Shown here one piece after another: positions 47,140 through 52,986 of a stretch of DNA of 52,986 bases. A program made the position numbers and the translations under genes. Under the pieces are notes generated by a model. It did no database searches and was not told where the DNA came from. It saw only the letters and a program-made list of their open reading frames with translations. Each line of letters opens with the position of its first letter. Positions within the stretch are counted from its first letter, which is position 1. The DNA comes from Eubacteriales bacterium (GTDB lineage: Bacteria > Bacillota > Clostridia > Oscillospirales > CAG-272), in the NCBI GenBank assembly GCA_045638805.1, contig JAZUBZ010000021.1, positions 1 through 52,986 on the forward strand, given 5' to 3'.

Positions 47140-47457
47140 ATAAGTGCTCTGCGGAGTGCGACACATGGCTTTACCCCAAGCCCTTGCGATCTTTAGAGAA
47201 TGATCGACAAAGTTTTTGTACATTTGTTTGTTTGAGGATCGCTGTTAAATACATTCAGTCATGTCTTGAAATTGGATACCAATGCATTTGCTTACAGTTG
47301 AGGGTGAATTATAATAAAAGAAAATGGATAGAATATACGTGATGTGGACAATCAGTAGCTTTCGATAAAAATCTGTTTTTGTAAATTTGCTCAAAAATTT
47401 GCCTGCGTTTTTTTTGAGATTTGTAACAGAATTTTTTGTGAATAATAAACCAACCTA

Positions 47458-47486
47458 TTGAATTTTTGCTCATTTTGTTATATAAT
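47458..47486 (+). promoter_or_regulatory. Candidate promoter for the cofE-like / guaA-like operon
   Basis: TTGAAT, a 17-nt spacer, then TATAAT. Confidence 0.5.
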
Positions 47487-47598
47487 AAAAATGTGTTTTT
47501 TCGTATTATCGTAATGATGCGAATAGCAGTGGTGTGCCACTGCTTTCGGCACAATTTTTTTAAAGGTCTTATGACCTACAGAAAGGATTCCAAAGATT

Positions 47599-48798
47599 AT
47601 GGAACAGAACACAAGAAGAGTCGGTACAATTTCCCGCGGTATCCGCTGCCCCATCATCCGTGAAGGTGATGATCTTGCGACTATCGTAGCCGACAGCGTG
47701 CTTGAAGCTGCTAAGTACGAAGGCTTTGAGCTTCGTGACCGCGACGTCATTTCCATTACTGAATCAATCGTAGCACGTGCACAGGGTAACTATGCCTCTG
47801 TCGATGACATTGCTGAAGACGTCAGAACAAAGCTCGGCGGTGAGACCGTCGGCGTTATCTTCCCCATCCTCTCCCGTAACCGTTTCGCAATTTCTCTGCG
47901 CGGTATAGCTAAGGGAGCAAAGAAAATTGTGCTTATGCTCAGCTACCCCTCCGACGAGGTTGGTAACGAGCTTGTAAGCCTCGACAAGCTTGACGAGGCT
48001 GGTGTTAACCCTTACTCAGACGTACTCTCTCTTGAGAAGTACCGTGAGCTCTTCGGGGTAAACCTCCACGAATTCACAGGCGTGGATTACGTTGATTACT
48101 ATGCATCCATCGTTCGCGAGGCAGGCGCTGAGGTTGAGATCGTTTTCGCAAATCAGGCGAAGGCTATCCTTAACTATACAGACTGTGTTCTCACCTGCGA
48201 CATTCATACAAGAGCTCGTACAAAGAGAATTCTTAAGGCTGCAGGCGCAAAGATCGTTCTCGGTCTTGATGATATCCTCAACGCTCCCGTAAACGGAAGC
48301 GGCTGCAACGAAAAGTACGGTCTTCTTGGTTCTAACAAGTCTACCGAAGACAAGATCAAGCTCTTCCCCAGAAATGCAGAACCCCTCGTTCTTTCTATTC
48401 AGGACAAGATCCTCAAGGCTACAGGTAAGCTTGTAGAGGTTATGGTATACGGCGACGGCGCATTCAAGGATCCTCAGGGTAAGATCTGGGAGCTTGCTGA
48501 CCCGGTAGTTTCTCCTGCTTTCACACAGGGACTCGTAGGTACTCCCAACGAGCTTAAGCTCAAGTACCTTGCAGATAACGATTTCAAGGATCTCTCCGGG
48601 GAAGCTCTCCGCGAGGCTATCTCCGCAAGCATCAAGGCAAAGGGTGACAACCTTGTAGGTAACATGGCATCCCAGGGTACAACCCCCAGACAGCTTACAG
48701 ACCTTATCGGTTCTCTCTGCGACCTTACCAGCGGTTCCGGTGACAAGGGTACTCCCGTAGTCCTTGTTCAGGGATATTTCGATAACTATACAAACTGA
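47599..48798 (+). CDS. CofE-like (F420-0:gamma-glutamyl ligase family) protein
   Basis: 399 aa with ITESIVARAQGN near the N-terminus and DLTSGSGDKGTPVVLVQG near the C-terminus, resembling the F420_ligase fold. Confidence 0.65.
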   Translation: MEQNTRRVGTISRGIRCPIIREGDDLATIVADSVLEAAKYEGFELRDRDVISITESIVARAQGNYASVDDIAEDVRTKLGGETVGVIFPILSRNRFAISLRGIAKGAKKIVLMLSYPSDEVGNELVSLDKLDEAGVNPYSDVLSLEKYRELFGVNLHEFTGVDYVDYYASIVREAGAEVEIVFANQAKAILNYTDCVLTCDIHTRARTKRILKAAGAKIVLGLDDILNAPVNGSGCNEKYGLLGSNKSTEDKIKLFPRNAEPLVLSIQDKILKATGKLVEVMVYGDGAFKDPQGKIWELADPVVSPAFTQGLVGTPNELKLKYLADNDFKDLSGEALREAISASIKAKGDNLVGNMASQGTTPRQLTDLIGSLCDLTSGSGDKGTPVVLVQGYFDNYTN

Positions 48799-48817
48799 TT
48801 ATTAAAGGAGAAATAAT

Positions 48818-49819
48818 ATGAGCAACAACGTAAGACCCGAAAACATGGCTCGTATCACTACTCCCGAGCTTGCAAAGGCCTTCATCGACGAGCAGATCGC
48901 CGAGGTCAGAGCTCAGGTTGGCGATAAGAAAGTGCTTCTCGCCCTCTCCGGCGGTGTAGACTCATCAGTAGTAGCTGCACTTCTCGTAAAGGCAATCGGC
49001 AAGCAGCTTGTTTGTGTACACGTAAACCACGGTCTCATGAGAAAAGACGAGTCCGAGAACGTTATCAAGATCTTCCAGGCCGAGCTTGATGCTAACCTTA
49101 TTTATGTAGACGCTACCGACCGTTTCCTCGACCTTCTCGCAGGCGTTGCTGATCCCGAGAAGAAGAGAAAGATCATCGGTGCTGAATTTATCAACGTATT
49201 CGCTGACGAGGCTCGCAAGCTTGAAGGTATTTCCTTCCTCGCTCAGGGTACTATCTACCCCGACATCCTTGAGAGCATCAAGGCAGCTGAGGGCAAGAAG
49301 GCAGTTAAGTCTCACCACAACGTAGGCGGTCTTCCCGAGGACCTTCAGTTCGATCTCGTTGAGCCTATCAAGCTCCTCTTCAAGGATGAAGTAAGAGTTG
49401 TTGGTGAAGCTCTCGGTCTCCCCCATGCAATGGTATACCGTCAGCCCTTCCCCGGTCCCGGCCTCGGCGTACGCTGTCTCGGTGCTATCACACGTGACAG
49501 ACTCCACGCTCTCCGTGAGGCAGACGCTATCCTTCGCGAGGAGTTTGACAAGAACGGTCTCGCTGAGAAGGTATGGCAGTACTTCATCGCAGTACCCGAC
49601 ATCAAGAGCGTAGGCGTACGTGACGAAAGCCGTTACGAAGGCTGGCCGGTAATCATCCGCGCGGTAAATACCACCGACGCTATGACCGCAACTATCGAGG
49701 AGATCCCCTATTCCATCCTCCATCACATCACAAACCGTATCACTCACGAGGTTGAAGGAATCAACCGCGTACTGCTCGACTTAACACCCAAGCCGATCGG
49801 TACTATCGAGTGGGAATGA
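48818..49819 (+). CDS. guaA: GMP synthase ATP-pyrophosphatase plus dimerisation domains only (no GATase domain)
   Basis: 333 aa. PP-loop LALSGGVDSSV begins about 40 aa from the N-terminus. KSHHNVGGLP, FPGPGLGVR and the C-terminal PIGTIEWE align with the C-terminal two-thirds of GuaA. Confidence 0.85.
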   Translation: MSNNVRPENMARITTPELAKAFIDEQIAEVRAQVGDKKVLLALSGGVDSSVVAALLVKAIGKQLVCVHVNHGLMRKDESENVIKIFQAELDANLIYVDATDRFLDLLAGVADPEKKRKIIGAEFINVFADEARKLEGISFLAQGTIYPDILESIKAAEGKKAVKSHHNVGGLPEDLQFDLVEPIKLLFKDEVRVVGEALGLPHAMVYRQPFPGPGLGVRCLGAITRDRLHALREADAILREEFDKNGLAEKVWQYFIAVPDIKSVGVRDESRYEGWPVIIRAVNTTDAMTATIEEIPYSILHHITNRITHEVEGINRVLLDLTPKPIGTIEWE

Positions 49820-49917
49820 TACCAAAAAACGCTGAAAACCCTTATAAACAAAGGGGATTCGAGGACATCAAAAGCCTCGTGACAACGTTTTGACAACATT
49901 TCAGATTATTCATAAAT

Positions 49918-49959
49918 AAAGAGCTAACAGATTTTTGTTACAAAGTCTGTTAGCTCTTT
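49918..49959. terminator. Bidirectional terminator at the chromosome / mobile-element junction
   Basis: 14-bp stem aaagagctaacaga / tctgttagctcttt, flanked by T-rich runs on both strands. Confidence 0.7.
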
Positions 49960-49965
49960 TTGTTT

Positions 49966-50718
49966 TTATATTTCGGTCATCTTGATTGTGCCATGTAATC
50001 CTATGTTTATTTTATCGGTATAGTTTCCTACCTTACAAATCGTTTTATAAGCTGATACAAGTGATAGTATCGCTGCGCCATAATTCTTATTTGGTTTACA
50101 CATCAGAGATACGCCCAATGAAATTTGAAAACACATGCTCTCGATTTCTTTGAGAGACATATAATCTTCTGCATCAAGTTCTATTCGACACTCTTTAATC
50201 GAATTCGCTTCTGATAGTAGTGTAATTCCGCTTGCGGCTAAAATCATAAACATCTTTTGAACTTTTTGCAGATGATCTACCTGCATCTTCGATTGTTGAT
50301 CAAGAGAGTATTTATCTTTCAGTACGTTCAATCTTGATTCGGCTTCTTCAAATGAGATTTTTTCTTCGCCGGGATATTGTTGACCAGCATAAAGCATGTA
50401 TTGAAAAGTCGAGTAGATTGCTGGATCTTTATCCCAATCGAAGTTATCGTTTAATCTTTCATCGAACCAAAGAATTCGTTCAATCATCATTTTTAACTGT
50501 TCTTTTAGTTCTCTGAAGTATATTGCTCGTGTTTTGGCTTTGCGTTTATGTTCTTTTTTTAGTGATGCCATGTCAAGGAAAATTGCCATAATTGCAGCTG
50601 CAATACCACTACAACCGATACCAGATAAGATTGTTAAAATATTACAATCCCAAATGCAGGCTGGAATTAGTAGTAACAACGAAATTACGATTGTCCAAAT
50701 ATATATCTTCTTATTCAT
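49966..50718 (-). CDS. Membrane-anchored protein of unknown function (mobile-element cargo)
   Basis: About 250 aa with two N-terminal TM segments and a largely helical soluble domain. I preferred the ATG at 50718 with an AGGTG RBS. The ORF track extends to 50751. Confidence 0.5.
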   Translation of the reverse strand: MNKKIYIWTIVISLLLLIPACIWDCNILTILSGIGCSGIAAAIMAIFLDMASLKKEHKRKAKTRAIYFRELKEQLKMMIERILWFDERLNDNFDWDKDPAIYSTFQYMLYAGQQYPGEEKISFEEAESRLNVLKDKYSLDQQSKMQVDHLQKVQKMFMILAASGITLLSEANSIKECRIELDAEDYMSLKEIESMCFQISLGVSLMCKPNKNYGAAILSLVSAYKTICKVGNYTDKINIGLHGTIKMTEI

Positions 50719-50734
50719 GTGAACACCTGCTCTT

Positions 50735-51262
50735 TCATTCTTGGACATCACTTTTCAAGGATTCCACCAGCATATCGCTGAGTTCCTGCGAAGGCACTTT
50801 TGCCCAACACTGGGTATTGTCAAATTTAGGATAACGGTAACGCCAACGGTCATATTCCTCTTTGCTGATTTCACCCTTACGGTACTTCTCAGCTTCCTTT
50901 TGCCAAGCACTAAAAGAATCATATAATGAACTGTACGTTTTTTCTCTGTTTTTATCGAGATGCAAACATACTTCACCATCAAGCTTGTCTATTTTCAAGC
51001 CGTAGATATCTTCTAATGCAAACAATGTATGCATTAATCCAAGGTAAGTATCAATATCAGGAACGTTTAACGCTAATGTAGAAACATTCAATGCATTCGC
51101 AAGGGACTCAGTCAGCGCCGGTTTGGGCGTCCTTTTTCCGGATTCATATTGAGCTAATCGTATATCAGCTGTTTTCTCAGGAAAACCGACTTTAACACCG
51201 AGTAGCTTTTGTGTCATACCTTTTAGATTTCTGAAGAATCTTATTCTTTCTCCTATTCCCAT
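50735..51262 (-). CDS. XRE-family HTH transcriptional regulator with a C-terminal extension
   Basis: 175 aa. N-terminal HTH_3 (IRFFRNLKGMTQKLLGVKVG...LAQYESGKRTP). It is divergent from the xis/int genes. Confidence 0.85.
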   Translation of the reverse strand: MGIGERIRFFRNLKGMTQKLLGVKVGFPEKTADIRLAQYESGKRTPKPALTESLANALNVSTLALNVPDIDTYLGLMHTLFALEDIYGLKIDKLDGEVCLHLDKNREKTYSSLYDSFSAWQKEAEKYRKGEISKEEYDRWRYRYPKFDNTQCWAKVPSQELSDMLVESLKSDVQE

Positions 51263-51297
51263 AGCAAATCTACTCCAAACTTATATATTATGCAATA

Positions 51298-51327
51298 AGT
51301 ATAACATAAATGTTTAAGCAGTGTCAA
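51298..51327 (-). promoter_or_regulatory. Promoter of the XRE gene
   Basis: On the minus strand, TTGACA (51322-51327), an 18-nt spacer, then TATACT (51298-51303). Confidence 0.5.
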
Positions 51328-51333
51328 GATAAT

Positions 51334-51351
51334 CTAAACAATTTTGTTTAG
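51334..51351. promoter_or_regulatory. Palindromic operator candidate in the divergent control region
   Basis: CTAAACA-attt-TGTTTAG. The half-site TGTTTAG recurs at 51386-51392 inside the rightward promoter spacer. Confidence 0.4.
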
Positions 51352-51369
51352 TATTCTTTGTAAAACCAC

Positions 51370-51398
51370 TTGACTTAACGCTATTTGTTTAGTATAAT
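51370..51398 (+). promoter_or_regulatory. Consensus promoter for the xis-like / int genes
   Basis: TTGACT, a 17-nt spacer, then TATAAT. Confidence 0.55.
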
Positions 51399-51512
51399 TA
51401 AGATACTTAAACATTTCGCGTTAAGTCCTTTCGTGGCAGACACTTTATCCATATTACATAATTTGCTTATATATTATAAAGCATATAAGCATAACGAAAG
51501 GAGGTGAACGTA

Positions 51513-51713
51513 ATGTTTGAGGATTATTATATGACGGTCGATGACGTCGCCCAGGCACTCAAGGTTTCAAAATCCTTTGCTTATAAGGTAATACGAACAA
51601 TGAATGCCGAACTTAAAAAACAAGGTTTTTTCACTATTTCAGGTAAAGTCAGCAAACAGTACTTTTTAGAAAAGACCTGTTACGATGCAACAAAATCTAA
51701 AGAAAGGAAATGA
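51513..51713 (+). CDS. Small HTH DNA-binding protein (excisionase / MerR-like)
   Basis: 66 aa. MTVDDVAQALKVSKSFAYKVIRTMN is typical of Xis-type HTH_17 proteins. A GGAGG RBS lies 8 nt upstream of the ATG at 51513. Confidence 0.6.
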   Translation: MFEDYYMTVDDVAQALKVSKSFAYKVIRTMNAELKKQGFFTISGKVSKQYFLEKTCYDATKSKERK

Positions 51714-51717
51714 GTTA

Positions 51718-52797
51718 ATGTCAGTCTACAAAGATGAAAAAACAAACACCTGGATGGTTTACTATCGAATTACCGATTGGCAAGGAAATCGAAAACAAAG
51801 TACAAAAAGAGGATTTCCGACGAAGCGCGAAGCACTTGCTTGGGAACGTGAGATAAACAATAAATCTCAAGGCGATCTCAGCATGAACTTTTCAAGCTTT
51901 ATTGAAGCTTACACGGTTGATATGAAAAATCGTGTCAAAGAAAACACATGGCACACCAAAGAACATATCATACGAACAAAGATACTGCCTTACTTCGGAA
52001 AGCGAAAGATCAACGAAATTAAGCCGAGAGATATTATTGCTTGGCAAAATGAAATGATAAAAAGCTGTGACAGTAACGGTAAAAGGTACTCTCCCGTATA
52101 TCTCAAGACTCTTCATAATCAGCTCAGCGCCATATTTAATCATGCCGTTAAGTTCTATGGCTTGAGTGAAAATCCCGCCTCTAAGGTTGGAAATATGGGC
52201 AAAGCCAAAAGCCGTGAAATGCTCTTTTGGACTAAAGACGAGTATCAGAAATTCGCTTTTGCTGTAATGGACAAGCCATCCTCATATTATGCGTTTGAAA
52301 TGCTGTATTGGTGCGGGATCCGTGAGGGTGAGCTGTTAGCATTAACTGCAGGAGACTTTGATTTCGAACGTGGTACTGTAAGCATTAATAAGTCTTATCA
52401 GAGGATCAAAGGCAGAGACGTAATTACAGACCCCAAAACACAGAAAAGTAATCGAGTGATAAAAATGCCTGATTTCCTTGTTGGTGAAATAATGGAGTAC
52501 TGTGCAAAGCTCTATGGATTACAAAAGCATGACAGAGTATTCAATATAACAAAGAGCTATCTTCAGAGAGAAATGGAAAGAGGTGCTAAGGAAGCAGGAG
52601 TTAAACGTATACGCATCCATGATCTGCGTCACAGCCATATTTCCCTTCTTATCGAGATGGGATACTCTGCAGTAGCAATTGCTGATCGAGTAGGACACGA
52701 AAGCATTAACATAACTTATAACTATGCTCACCTATTCCCGTCAACGCAAATAGATATGGCTGACAAACTAAATAACTTTAGAAAGGAGCCATCGTAA
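51718..52797 (+). CDS. int: Tyrosine site-specific integrase
   Basis: N-terminal arm-binding-type domain (VYKDEKTNTWMVYYR), catalytic R (GIREGEL), HDLRHSH and a C-terminal Y in ITYNYAH. Confidence 0.9.
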   Translation: MSVYKDEKTNTWMVYYRITDWQGNRKQSTKRGFPTKREALAWEREINNKSQGDLSMNFSSFIEAYTVDMKNRVKENTWHTKEHIIRTKILPYFGKRKINEIKPRDIIAWQNEMIKSCDSNGKRYSPVYLKTLHNQLSAIFNHAVKFYGLSENPASKVGNMGKAKSREMLFWTKDEYQKFAFAVMDKPSSYYAFEMLYWCGIREGELLALTAGDFDFERGTVSINKSYQRIKGRDVITDPKTQKSNRVIKMPDFLVGEIMEYCAKLYGLQKHDRVFNITKSYLQREMERGAKEAGVKRIRIHDLRHSHISLLIEMGYSAVAIADRVGHESINITYNYAHLFPSTQIDMADKLNNFRKEPS

Positions 52798-52986
52798 ATG
52801 TCAGCAAAGAATTTAGATAAACACTCTCGTTTCAGAAGTGTGACCGTGGGATTTCGTGTTTCGCCCGAAGAGCACGATACTCTAAACCGTATCGTTGCAC
52901 TGTCGGGACTTACGAAGCAGGAATACTGTTATCGTAAGTGTACAGACCGTGAAGTCATTGTAGAAGGTAATCCAAGAGTATATAAA
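52798..52986 (+). CDS. MobC-like / ribbon-helix-helix relaxosome accessory protein, truncated by the window end
   Basis: The open frame from the ATG at 52798 (RBS GGAG) runs to the window end. Translation: MSAKNLDKHSRFRSVTVGFRVSPEEHDTLNRIVALSGLTKQEY... The R-x-V-x-F-R-V-S/T-x-E-E pattern resembles mobilisation accessory proteins. Confidence 0.4.
   Translation, partial: MSAKNLDKHSRFRSVTVGFRVSPEEHDTLNRIVALSGLTKQEYCYRKCTDREVIVEGNPRVYK

Noticed and set aside
1-52986. CRISPR arrays, rRNA genes, IS transposases and toxin-antitoxin pairs.
   Set aside because: I saw no regularly spaced direct repeats, no rRNA-like sequence and no transposase-like ORF. The only recombinase is the tyrosine integrase at 51718-52797.

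Overview
This window looks like chromosomal DNA from an endospore-forming Firmicute of the class Clostridia. The evidence is a spoIIAA-spoIIAB-sigF operon, spoVAD-spoVAE, an SLH-domain surface protein, and GGAGG-type ribosome-binding sites with consensus sigma-A promoters. Most of the window is housekeeping. It carries proBAC, a deoC-deoD-cdd-pdp nucleoside salvage operon, one tRNA-Val(GAC), a GH27 alpha-galactosidase and DUF1846. Several accessory modules are interleaved. (1) A nucleoside-hydrolase-like gene is followed by two tandem paralogous beta-helix genes with GH28-like motifs. (2) A six-gene minus-strand operon starts with BlaI and a BlaR1-like regulator pair. The BlaR1 homologue carries an unrecognised sensor domain of about 500 aa. 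The downstream lipoprotein, two permeases and ATPase resemble a LanI/LanFEG immunity unit. (3) A MarR-controlled gene encodes an esterase fused to a condensation-like acyltransferase, followed by a zinc-ribbon membrane protein. (4) An Opp/Dpp-type ABC importer has an oversized binding protein, a seven-blade RCC1-like propeller inserted in the OppC-type permease, and a coiled-coil-like insert of about 180 aa in the OppF-type ATPase. (5) A CofE-like ligase is paired with a stand-alone GMP synthase ATP-pyrophosphatase that lacks the glutamine amidotransferase domain, behind a structured leader. (6) From about 49.96 kb, an AT-rich integrative, probably mobilizable, element begins next to the guaA-like 3-prime end. 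It carries an XRE repressor, a membrane protein, an Xis-like HTH protein, a tyrosine integrase and a MobC-like fragment. Non-coding observations include two inverted copies of a conserved module with a compensatory hairpin change, and a palindrome built around the tRNA-Val 3-prime end. I saw no CRISPR array or rRNA. All calls rest on reading motifs in the supplied translations and the DNA. No database search was run.
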